A program made the position numbers and the translations under genes. A stretch of DNA of 64,000 nucleotides from the IMG/VR virus record IMGVR_UViG_3300026549_000041, positions 64,001 to 128,000 of that record; one strand, 5' to 3'. Source of the DNA: a virus. Taxonomy: Duplodnaviria > Caudoviricetes. Under the pieces are notes generated by a model. It was not told the origin of the DNA. It did no database searches and worked only from the letters and a program-made list of their open reading frames with translations. This document shows positions 27,900-36,600 of the stretch, piece by piece. Numbering within the stretch: the first letter of the stretch is position 1; each line of letters opens with the position of its first letter.

Positions 27900-28118
27900 A
27901 TGTTATTTTATATTTGTTGCGCACAAGAAGAAAATAATTGTCCTAAAAAAGAAGAATGTAGAAGATATTTAAATGCCAACGAAGGAACTAGTTGGACATT
28001 ATTTAAATATATGTGTACTGAAGAAAATGATTATCATCTTTTCATGGAAAAAGAAGAAGATAATAATATTAAAAACAAAGAACAGGAGACTGTAAATGAA
28101 GAACAGAAAAAAGATTGA
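27900..28118 (+). CDS. small Cys-rich protein
   Basis: ICC..CPKKEECRRY. Confidence 0.6.
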   Translation: MLFYICCAQEENNCPKKEECRRYLNANEGTSWTLFKYMCTEENDYHLFMEKEEDNNIKNKEQETVNEEQKKD

Positions 28119-28305
28119 TTATGATGAAATAGTTGAGATTGGATTATCTCTTTTAAAAGATGAAACAGATGTATTATATGGAACAAGTGATAAAGACAAA
28201 GCAGAATCTGTTATGAGAATGTGCGGTATTATTGATTTTTTAAATGAATTAAATAAGGCAACACTAATCTGCGAATGTGACCAAGTTTGTAAATGTGAGG
28301 AATAA
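28096..28305 (+). CDS. hypothetical protein
   Basis: AGGAG RBS. Confidence 0.65.
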   Translation: MKNRKKIDYDEIVEIGLSLLKDETDVLYGTSDKDKAESVMRMCGIIDFLNELNKATLICECDQVCKCEE

Positions 28306-28308
28306 AAT

Positions 28309-28878
28309 ATGGCACTAATTATAATTGCGGGAAAAAGCGGTTCGGGTAAAGATGCGGTTGTTAATGAACTTTGCAGACGAGGTTATAAAAGAATTAAAAC
28401 ATACACAACTCGTCCTATGAGACAACATGAATCACAGGGGAATCCATATTATTTTATTTCTGAAAAAGAGTTTAAAGAAAAAGAATCTCAGGGGTTTTTC
28501 CTTGAAACAAAAGAATATGATACTGTAAAAGGTATATGGTATTATGGTTCACCTAAAAATGAATTGCTCAGTTCTAAAAACAATAGCGAAAATCGACTAA
28601 TTATTTTGACACCTTCGGGCATAGAGGATTTTACCAAAGAGTCTCGAAGTAAAAAAATTAATGCGAAAATTATATACTTACGAGCAAATTCGGGTACAAT
28701 AAGCAAACGTCTCAAACGTAGAGGAGACAATCCTAAAGAAGTAGAGAGACGAATTGAAACAGATGAAAATGATTTTGTGGCATTTGAATATTACGCTGAT
28801 AAATGTGTTTTTAATAATAGCGGTACAGAATTAAGAGATGTTGTTGATATTATTGACGAATACATTCAAAGCTTGTAA
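28309..28878 (+). CDS. gmk: guanylate kinase
   Basis: GKSGSGKD, YTTRPMR..E..G..YYF, WYYG. Confidence 0.9.
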   Translation: MALIIIAGKSGSGKDAVVNELCRRGYKRIKTYTTRPMRQHESQGNPYYFISEKEFKEKESQGFFLETKEYDTVKGIWYYGSPKNELLSSKNNSENRLIILTPSGIEDFTKESRSKKINAKIIYLRANSGTISKRLKRRGDNPKEVERRIETDENDFVAFEYYADKCVFNNSGTELRDVVDIIDEYIQSL

Positions 28879-28937
28879 ATATTATAAGGATTAAAAGGAT
28901 TATAAAATATTATAATTTATTAGGAGGATATGATTAA

Positions 28938-29153
28938 ATGATAACATTGTATAGTACTGGGTGTTCCAAATGTCAGGTGCTTGAGAAAAAATTACATAAT
29001 GATGGGATTGAGTTTAATATTTCTGATGATATTGATACTTTAATTGAAAAAGGATTTATGTCTGCTCCTATTCTTAAAGTTGATGACAAGTTTCTTGAAT
29101 TTAAAGATGCTATTGATTGGTTAAAAAATAGGGGGAAACAAGATGAAAATTGA
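28938..29153 (+). CDS. NrdH/glutaredoxin-like redoxin
   Basis: LYSTGCSKC, SAPIL; upstream of nrdD. Confidence 0.85.
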   Translation: MITLYSTGCSKCQVLEKKLHNDGIEFNISDDIDTLIEKGFMSAPILKVDDKFLEFKDAIDWLKNRGKQDEN

Positions 29154-31062
29154 TATTAAAGTAAATAAAGACTTTGAAAAAGCTTTAGAAATGAATAAGG
29201 CTAAATATGGAGAAGATTTTGAAATACTTAATGGATTTCATGAATCTCAATTAAATTTTTCTGATTTTATTGATGGTTTTATTGATAAGAATGTTGCAGA
29301 TGTTACTATTGATGGTAATGCTAATGCTCATCATAAAGATATTTGCAGTTTATTAGGAGAAAGAGGAAAATCAGAAGATAAACTTTTCGCATTCAATAAA
29401 ATTTTTTTTGAATTAAAGAAAAAATATGGATTAAGAACTGCAAAAGAATGGCTTGAAACAGAATATTCTGGTGGATTTTATTTACATGATGCTCCTTCAA
29501 GCACTTTTAAACCGTATTGTTATGCATATGATTTGACAAGATTAGCTACTGAAGGATTGTTCTTTTTAAATGGATATAATAATCAACCGCCTAAACATCT
29601 TACTACTTTTTTGGATGATGTAATTGAATTTATTTCTTTCTTTAGTAATAGAAGTTCAGGAGCATGTGGTATTCCAAATGTTCTTTTATGGACAATGTAT
29701 TTTTGGAAAAAGGATATTGAACAAGGATATTATTTAAAAGACCCAGATTATTATATTCGTCAATGTTTCCAAAAATTTATTTATAGAATTAATCAGCCAT
29801 TCTTAAGAGTAGACCAGAGTGCATTTGTTAACGTTTCAATCTTTGATAGAAATTATTATGAAGCACTGTTTGGTGGTGTAGAATTTCCCGATGGTACATA
29901 TGCGATTGATTATGAAGAAGAATTTATTAACCATCAAAAGATTTTTATGGAGGTTGTGTCCGATATTAGGACAGATAATCTTTTTACTTTCCCTGTGTTA
30001 ACATATAGTTTGTTATTTAAAGATGGTAAGTTTGTAGATGAAGATTTCGCAAGATGGTGCTCAGACCATAATACAACTTGGAATGATAGTAATTTCTTTC
30101 AGAGTGATAATGTTGGCACATTGAGTAATTGCTGCCGCCTTTTGTCTGATACTACAAAACTTGATGCTTTTATAAACTCAATAGGCGGCACTGCACTGTC
30201 TATAGGTTCTATTAAAGTAAACACAATTAATCTTATGCGAATCGCATATGAATCAGAATTTAATGAAAAAAAATATTTAAATATTTTGAAAAAAAGAAGT
30301 CTTCTTTGTTGTAAAACATTAGATGTAATAAGACATATTATAGAAAGAAATATTGAAAAAGGATTACTCCCTAATTATTGCGATGGTGGTATTGAAATTT
30401 CCAAACAATATTGTACTTTAGGTATTTTGGGCTTATTTGAAGTAATCGAAGGATTTGGTTATACGGTAAAAGATGAATTTGGCAATGTGTCATATACTGA
30501 GGAAGGGATTGAATTTGCTGATAAGATATTTAAAGTTTTAAATGATGTGAAAGATAGTTTTACAAATGAATATTCTTTTAACATTGAATCAGTTCCAGCA
30601 GAACGAGCTGCGGTAATTTTGTGTCAAAAAGATAATTTACTTTATGAAAAGAATGAGAAATTTATTTATTCTAATCAATGGATTCCACTTTCTGAAAAAT
30701 GCACGATTCAAGAAAAACTTAGGTTAAGTTCAATTCTTGATGCTAAATGTTCGGGCGGAGCGATAGCGCATATAAATTTGGGACAAAATTTCCCCAATAA
30801 AGATGTAGCATGGGATATGTTAAATTATATTGCAAAACAAAACGTGTTCTATTTTGCATTTAATACCCGTTTAAATGAGTGTAAAAATCATCATGGATTT
30901 GTTGGTACAGATATTTGTCCAGTATGTGGAGAACCTGTATATGACACTTATCAAAGAATTGTAGGTTTCCTTGAGCCTCGTAGGTCATATTCAAAAGATA
31001 GAAAAAAAGAGTTTGATACCAGAAAATGGTATGAATATGCTCAAATGAAAACGGAGATATAA
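29143..31062 (+). CDS. nrdD: anaerobic (class III) ribonucleotide reductase, no ATP cone
   Basis: YLHD, PYC, TFPV, SNCCRL, PAE, CKNH..CPVC, glycyl radical loop RIVGFL. Confidence 0.92.
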   Translation: MKIDIKVNKDFEKALEMNKAKYGEDFEILNGFHESQLNFSDFIDGFIDKNVADVTIDGNANAHHKDICSLLGERGKSEDKLFAFNKIFFELKKKYGLRTAKEWLETEYSGGFYLHDAPSSTFKPYCYAYDLTRLATEGLFFLNGYNNQPPKHLTTFLDDVIEFISFFSNRSSGACGIPNVLLWTMYFWKKDIEQGYYLKDPDYYIRQCFQKFIYRINQPFLRVDQSAFVNVSIFDRNYYEALFGGVEFPDGTYAIDYEEEFINHQKIFMEVVSDIRTDNLFTFPVLTYSLLFKDGKFVDEDFARWCSDHNTTWNDSNFFQSDNVGTLSNCCRLLSDTTKLDAFINSIGGTALSIGSIKVNTINLMRIAYESEFNEKKYLNILKKRSLLCCKTLDVIRHIIERNIEKGLLPNYCDGGIEISKQYCTLGILGLFEVIEGFGYTVKDEFGNVSYTEEGIEFADKIFKVLNDVKDSFTNEYSFNIESVPAERAAVILCQKDNLLYEKNEKFIYSNQWIPLSEKCTIQEKLRLSSILDAKCSGGAIAHINLGQNFPNKDVAWDMLNYIAKQNVFYFAFNTRLNECKNHHGFVGTDICPVCGEPVYDTYQRIVGFLEPRRSYSKDRKKEFDTRKWYEYAQMKTEI

Positions 31063-31065
31063 TTT

Positions 31066-31572
31066 ATGATAATTAAAGGAATTATAGATGAAGATTTTGT
31101 AAATTATAAAAAACCTTCTATGTTAATTGCATTTCCTTATTGTTCGTTTAAATGCGATAAAGAATGTGGGAGGGCTGTTTGTCAAAACAGTCCTCTTGCT
31201 AATGAGTCTAATATTGAGATTGAGCATAATAAAATAATAAATAGATTCTTTGAAAATGATATTTCTGAAGCAATTGTATGCGCTGGACTAGAACCTCTTG
31301 ATAGTTTTAAAGATGTACTTAAATTATTGGCTATACTTCATCTTCCAGCTTTTGCTGTTTTTCAAACAGATGTTGTAATATATACTGGCTATACAAAAGA
31401 AGAATTACAAAACAAAATTTATAAAGATAATATTTCATATTTAGATAAATTAAAACAATATAAAAATATAATCATTAAATACGGTCGTTATATTCCAGAC
31501 CAAAAACCACATTATGATGAAGTGTTGGGTGTGAATCTTGCATCTGATAATCAATATGCAGAAAGGTTATGA
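31066..31572 (+). CDS. nrdG: NrdD-activating radical SAM enzyme
   Basis: CSFKC..CQN, GLEP, IYTGY, LASDNQ. Confidence 0.88.
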   Translation: MIIKGIIDEDFVNYKKPSMLIAFPYCSFKCDKECGRAVCQNSPLANESNIEIEHNKIINRFFENDISEAIVCAGLEPLDSFKDVLKLLAILHLPAFAVFQTDVVIYTGYTKEELQNKIYKDNISYLDKLKQYKNIIIKYGRYIPDQKPHYDEVLGVNLASDNQYAERL

Positions 31573-31576
31573 TAAT

Positions 31577-31762
31577 ATGAAAATTAAAGTAACAGAAGAT
31601 AAAGAACTTGCTAATCAAATTAGGGCAAAGCTAAAGGAGCGTAATAATCTTTGCCCCTGTAAATTTGTAGACGCTCCAGAGAATTATTGTATGTGTAAAG
31701 AGTTCCTCGAACAATCTACAGGTGAATGTCATTGTGGATTATATATTAAAACAGAAGAATGA
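31577..31762 (+). CDS. ferredoxin-thioredoxin reductase catalytic subunit-like protein
   Basis: CPC, CMC, CHCGLY motifs. Confidence 0.8.
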   Translation: MKIKVTEDKELANQIRAKLKERNNLCPCKFVDAPENYCMCKEFLEQSTGECHCGLYIKTEE

Positions 31763-31766
31763 AAAT

Positions 31767-32117
31767 ATGAATAATAAATATTATTTACCAAATCCAACTA
31801 TATATTATATTCGTCATTTAGGATTTCATTATTCAATTGATGCAGAAAATTATATCATGATATTTCCAATATTGAAATATAAAGGAAGACCAACTTTATT
31901 TTGCAAACTTATATATAATATACTTGACAATAGATTAAGTTATGATATAATCAAACCAAATAAAGACCCTTTGGCGTTATATTATAATAATAAATTTGGA
32001 AATGCTGAAGACTTTATTAAAAAAATAGATTCTATTGTTCATAGAAGAATACGAACAATGGGATTTAAAAAGAAAATGAAACATGTAAATAAAAAACAAA
32101 AGGAGAAAAAGGATTAA
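31767..32117 (+). CDS. hypothetical protein
   Basis: 116-aa open frame between co-oriented genes. Confidence 0.6.
   Translation: MNNKYYLPNPTIYYIRHLGFHYSIDAENYIMIFPILKYKGRPTLFCKLIYNILDNRLSYDIIKPNKDPLALYYNNKFGNAEDFIKKIDSIVHRRIRTMGFKKKMKHVNKKQKEKKD
31924..31951 (+). promoter_or_regulatory. sigmaA-type promoter upstream of the vWA/PurA-like triad
   Basis: TTGACA-16 nt-TATAAT with TG extension. Confidence 0.6.
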
Positions 32118-32728
32118 TGAACGGAGCAAATATTTTTAATGGAATGTTTGGTAAGATTGAAGCAGGTCTGGTAAGGTTGGATGTGCATGGCAATGTAGCT
32201 GTTAGGACTACAAATGGTTATAAATCTTATTCTACTAAGTCTAAGAGGTTGATTAACTGTGATAGTTTTGTATTTGACATTGGAGAGGAATTCTTTTTTG
32301 TAATTCCTACAAATAAAGTTGAAGTTAATGATATTATTCTTGCTACTGGTAAGAATGGTAAGAGAGTACCAAAATGTGTAATTGAAGTGAACGATACTTA
32401 TATTACAGTTATTAATTATGAAGATTCTGTAGTTGAGAATATTCTTCCTGAGCGTCATGTATTTATGGGTTCTACTTATTTCTATGGTAAGATTGTCTCT
32501 TTGTTTAATTTTAACAAAGATAAAAAGAATGGTGGATTTGAAAATATTCTTAAGTTCAAGATGATGTCTGAGATGATGGGAAATGGTTCTGGTAATAATC
32601 AGAATAATATGATGGGCAACATGATGATGTTATCTATGATGAACAATGGTGGACTTGATAACATGTTTAATTTTGATAATATGTTTTCTTTGGGTGAAAC
32701 AGAAGAGAGTAAAGAGGAGAATAAATAA
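32117..32728 (+). CDS. hypothetical protein with Met/Asn/Gly-rich C-terminus
   Basis: beta-rich N-terminus, MMSEMMGNGSGNNQNNMMGNMMM tail; TAATG-coupled to vWA gene. Confidence 0.8.
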   Translation: MNGANIFNGMFGKIEAGLVRLDVHGNVAVRTTNGYKSYSTKSKRLINCDSFVFDIGEEFFFVIPTNKVEVNDIILATGKNGKRVPKCVIEVNDTYITVINYEDSVVENILPERHVFMGSTYFYGKIVSLFNFNKDKKNGGFENILKFKMMSEMMGNGSGNNQNNMMGNMMMLSMMNNGGLDNMFNFDNMFSLGETEESKEENK

Positions 32729-33603
32729 TGGGTAGTGGAAGTTTTACAACAACTAGTTTTACGGCGTATTCAACAAGCAGAGGAAGAACTGTTGATGCTA
32801 AAGGCATGGTAACATCTGATAGTTTGCAGGATTTTTATACACAAACAAAAATTCATAAAGATTTAAAACCTTATAAAGTAGTTCGTGAATGTTGTGATTC
32901 TGAAGAGCACCCTAACACAATTCCAGTAATTATTGGTCTTGATGTAACTGGTTCAATGGGAAGAGCTTGTGTTAAAACAGCTCAGAGTCTTAATACTATT
33001 ATTACATCTCTTTATGATAAATTTAATGATATTGAATTTATGATTATGGGTATTGGTGATTTGGCTTACGACAGCGCTCCTATTCAGGCTTCTCAGTTTG
33101 AATCTGATGTGAGAATTGCAGAACATCTTGATAAGGTTTATATGGAACATGGTGGTGGTGGTAATGGTTTTGAATCTTATACTGCTGCTTGGTATTTTGG
33201 ACTACACCATACTAAACTTGATTGTTGGAAGCGTGGTAAAAAGGGTATTATTATTACAATGGGTGACGAACCTCTTAATCCCTACCTTCCTAAATATCCT
33301 CTTGAGAAAATAACAGGCGATAATCTGGAAGCTGATGTAGAAACAAGAGATTTGTATGAACTTACAAAAGAAAAGTTTGATATTTATCATATTGCAATTG
33401 ATGATTTTGATGACTGCTATCAGATTTATAAATCAAGAGTAGATAAGACTTTTAAAGATGTACTTAAAGAAAATTATAAAATTTCTACTCTTGATGAACT
33501 TCCAAGTACTATCGTAAAGTGTATTGAAAATTCTGTTAATGGTTATTCTACAGAAAATTCTGTTGAGACTACAAATAATAATTCCAATTTAATTAGTTGG
33601 TAA
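32728..33603 (+). CDS. vWA-domain protein
   Basis: MIDAS-like GLDVTGSM, GGGGNGFESY, ITMGDE. Confidence 0.85.
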   Translation: MGSGSFTTTSFTAYSTSRGRTVDAKGMVTSDSLQDFYTQTKIHKDLKPYKVVRECCDSEEHPNTIPVIIGLDVTGSMGRACVKTAQSLNTIITSLYDKFNDIEFMIMGIGDLAYDSAPIQASQFESDVRIAEHLDKVYMEHGGGGNGFESYTAAWYFGLHHTKLDCWKRGKKGIIITMGDEPLNPYLPKYPLEKITGDNLEADVETRDLYELTKEKFDIYHIAIDDFDDCYQIYKSRVDKTFKDVLKENYKISTLDELPSTIVKCIENSVNGYSTENSVETTNNNSNLISW

Positions 33604-33680
33604 GTAAAATATATAAGGGGTGTTGGTATAACACCCCGCTTAATAAAATATTAAAGATAAAAAAAGAAAGGGGTGATGAA

Positions 33681-34829
33681 ATGCCTACAAAAAATATTAA
33701 AATTATTGTAGGTTCAAATTACGGTGATGAGGGCAAAGGATTAACTACAGATTATTTTTGTAATCCTTCTGAGAAATGGCTTGGTGTATTAACAAATGGC
33801 ACATCTCAAAGAGCACATACTGTTGATACAGTTGATGGTAAACATCATGTGTTTTCTCATTTTAGTTCTGGTACTTTCCAAGGTGCAGATACTTATATCA
33901 GTGAGCACTTTGCGATTAATCCAATTACTTTCGTCAATGAATATCTCACTCTACAAAATAAATTTGATATTACACCAAACGTATATATTCATCCAGACTG
34001 TAAAATTATTACCCCTTTTGATATTTTAGCTAATTTAACTGAAAGAGAACAATCTGGTCTTCATAATACATGTGGTAATGGTTTTTGGAAAACACTTGAA
34101 AGATATAATGAAGGTTATGGAATAGGTAGAATATCATTCTTTTATAAAAAGAATGAGTTTTGGATGGAATATTTAAATAATATAGAAGAGTATTATAAAT
34201 ACAAATTAAAAAATATTGATTTAAATTTTAATGGTATTAAAGCACATTTTATAAATGACCTACAATTTGTATTAGACCATTCTTTCATAATTGGAGATGA
34301 AATTTTAAAAATATATTCAAATATCATTTTTGAAAATGGCCAAGGATTATTAATTGGAAGACAAAGTTCAAGAGTTGATTGGGATTTTTGTACACCGTCT
34401 AATACAGGAATGAAATATGCATATAATATAATTGAAAATAATATAATTAATGCAAATGTAGAAGTGTGTTATGTATCAAGAACTTATTTAACTAGACATG
34501 GTGATGGAGAACTGATTAATGAGTGTGGAGTAGAAGATATTAATAAATCAATTATTGACTATACTAATATTCCCAATGCATGTCAGGGCAGTTTAAGATT
34601 TTCTTGTTTTAATGATGAACAATTAATAAATAGATTGTATGAAGATTGGGTAAATAATATTAGTCCACCTCATTATTTCCTTAGTAAAAATAATTATAAA
34701 TGTTCTTTAATGTTGACTCATTGGAATGAAAAACAAATTGAACTAGAAAACATAAAAATCTGTAATTTATTTAATGGTAAAATTTATATTTCAGATGGAA
34801 AGACGAAAGAATCGATAAGGAGTATATAA
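33681..34829 (+). CDS. divergent adenylosuccinate synthetase-like protein
   Basis: GSNYGDEGKG, QRAHT, FENGQG, TPSNTG, RTYLTRHGDG. Confidence 0.85.
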   Translation: MPTKNIKIIVGSNYGDEGKGLTTDYFCNPSEKWLGVLTNGTSQRAHTVDTVDGKHHVFSHFSSGTFQGADTYISEHFAINPITFVNEYLTLQNKFDITPNVYIHPDCKIITPFDILANLTEREQSGLHNTCGNGFWKTLERYNEGYGIGRISFFYKKNEFWMEYLNNIEEYYKYKLKNIDLNFNGIKAHFINDLQFVLDHSFIIGDEILKIYSNIIFENGQGLLIGRQSSRVDWDFCTPSNTGMKYAYNIIENNIINANVEVCYVSRTYLTRHGDGELINECGVEDINKSIIDYTNIPNACQGSLRFSCFNDEQLINRLYEDWVNNISPPHYFLSKNNYKCSLMLTHWNEKQIELENIKICNLFNGKIYISDGKTKESIRSI

Positions 34830-34834
34830 AATAT

Positions 34835-35113
34835 ATGTTTGAACTTTTAAAATTTGCAAATGAAAAGAAAGTAAATGTAAATATCAAAGTAATGGATGGC
34901 TCATATAGACCACTAGTTGGAGAAGTAATTAATATTATAACTTTTTCTAATGTAGACAATCCTTCTAAGACCAAGCAGGTAACAATTCTTAAAACTGATT
35001 CTGATATTAATATCAAAAATAAAATTATAACTGCTTTTAATTCAGTAGTTGAAAGAGATACTAGTTATTCTGAAATGATGAAAGCTCGTGAAGAGTTCTT
35101 TAGAGGACTTTAA
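34835..35113 (+). CDS. hypothetical protein
   Basis: AAGGAG RBS. Confidence 0.65.
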   Translation: MFELLKFANEKKVNVNIKVMDGSYRPLVGEVINIITFSNVDNPSKTKQVTILKTDSDINIKNKIITAFNSVVERDTSYSEMMKAREEFFRGL

Positions 35114-35133
35114 TTTAGAAAGGAGTAAAATGA

Positions 35134-35355
35134 TTGATTAAAGATGGTACAGAAGTATTGGCAGTTTGTAACGCAATAACAGCAAAACATTTATTATCTA
35201 ATGATACTACAGGACATTTTTTCGATGTTTTGGTTATTACTTCTGTAATTGAAGGCGAGGAAGTAATTGTAATTCCTAAAGATGAATTCCTTTATTATCT
35301 TGAGCATGGCTGTTCTGATGTTCTGATTTTATTGGTGAATGAGGCATTAAAATGA
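35134..35355 (+). CDS. hypothetical protein
   Basis: AAAGGAG RBS. Confidence 0.6.
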   Translation: MIKDGTEVLAVCNAITAKHLLSNDTTGHFFDVLVITSVIEGEEVIVIPKDEFLYYLEHGCSDVLILLVNEALK

Positions 35356-35813
35356 TAATAAAAGAAGTTAAAAAAGACCTATTTACAGTTTCAGATGATT
35401 ATGCATTGGTACATTGTATCAGTGCAGATTTTAAACTAGGTGCTGGAATTGCTAAAAAATTCGATGAATTATTTGACGTACGTCAAAAACTTTTTAATGT
35501 GTTCCCCGAATCTTGGATACCAAGATGGGACAAAACGCAAGAAAGATTCAGAGGCGGTTCGATTATTCTATTTAGTGACTACACATTTTTTAATCTTGTT
35601 ACTAAACGCAACTATTGGGATAAACCGACATTAACAGCAATTGAAAACGCTTTAGTCTGGATGAAAGAACAATGCGAAGACCATTATATAACCAAACTTG
35701 CAATGCCACGCATAGGATGTGGGCTAGACAAACAAAACTGGTCTGATGTTAAACAATTAATCGAAAAGGTTTTTGCAGATACAGATATTGAAATTGTGGT
35801 ATGTAGTTTATAG
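35352..35813 (+). CDS. macrodomain protein (Poa1p/TARG1/DarG-like)
   Basis: LVHCISADFKLGAGIAKKF, FNLVTK, LAMPRIGCGLD. Confidence 0.9.
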   Translation: MIIKEVKKDLFTVSDDYALVHCISADFKLGAGIAKKFDELFDVRQKLFNVFPESWIPRWDKTQERFRGGSIILFSDYTFFNLVTKRNYWDKPTLTAIENALVWMKEQCEDHYITKLAMPRIGCGLDKQNWSDVKQLIEKVFADTDIEIVVCSL

Positions 35814-35822
35814 GAGAATATT

Positions 35823-36284
35823 ATGAAACAAATTATCATAGTTCGTAAAGATTTAAATATGTCTAAAGGTAAAATGGCTGCTCAAGTTGCTCATGCAAGT
35901 ATGGCATTCTTAACTAATGCGATAAAACATGGTGTTTGTGGAACAATGACAGATTTGTATGTTTCTCCAATAAATTATTATAAATGTTCTCTTTACATTC
36001 CGGAAGATATTTATAAAGAATGGATTTGCGGTTCATTCACAAAAATAATTCTTGAAGCCAAAAACAAGCATCAATTAGAAAAGGTGTATAAAATCGCTGA
36101 AGAAATAGGGCTTGAAGAGGGCGTTGATTATTTTCCTATAAAAGATAACTGCTATACAGAACTTGAGCCTGAAGAAGTTGACGAAAACGGTGTTGGAAGA
36201 ACACTAACTTGTGTCGGATTTATTCCATTAAAGGATGAGATTGCCAATAAAATTAGTAAAAAATATCAACTATATAAAGATTAA
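35823..36284 (+). CDS. pth2: peptidyl-tRNA hydrolase, Pth2 type
   Basis: KQIIIVRKDLNMSKGKMAAQVAHAS, KIIL, D..YTE, TCVG. Confidence 0.9.
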   Translation: MKQIIIVRKDLNMSKGKMAAQVAHASMAFLTNAIKHGVCGTMTDLYVSPINYYKCSLYIPEDIYKEWICGSFTKIILEAKNKHQLEKVYKIAEEIGLEEGVDYFPIKDNCYTELEPEEVDENGVGRTLTCVGFIPLKDEIANKISKKYQLYKD

Positions 36285-36293
36285 GGAGAATAT

Positions 36294-36449
36294 ATGAACG
36301 AAACAATTAAGATAGTAGCGCAGTGCATCTTACTAATTCCAACAATTGCAACAATAGGAGCATTTTGGTTTTTAGTATTTTCAACAATTATTAATGGGAC
36401 TTTTCCTAAAAAAATAACTGATAAAGAAATTGAGGATAAAACAAAATGA
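36294..36449 (+). CDS. small membrane protein (51 aa)
   Basis: AAGGAG RBS, TM segment. Confidence 0.55.
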   Translation: MNETIKIVAQCILLIPTIATIGAFWFLVFSTIINGTFPKKITDKEIEDKTK

Positions 36450-36583
36450 AAAATGTAATAACTGCTTTAATGACTGCGCATCTTATTTGTTATATGAATC
36501 AAAAAGAATTAATAGATGGAATCCCAAGTTTGGCTATTGCCATAGTTCTTGGAATTATATTAGTAATTAGTGATTATAGTTAA
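36446..36583 (+). CDS. small membrane protein (45 aa)
   Basis: ATGA overlap, hydrophobic C-terminus. Confidence 0.5.
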   Translation: MKNVITALMTAHLICYMNQKELIDGIPSLAIAIVLGIILVISDYS

Positions 36584-36600
36584 AGGAGTAAATAATATAT

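Noticed and set aside
33681-34829. PurZ / 2-aminoadenine (Z) genome system together with the HD protein at 41587
   Set aside because: The motif is GDEGKG with the PurA Asp, not PurZ GSTGKG. The HD protein is distant and not recognisably DatZ, and no MazZ is seen.
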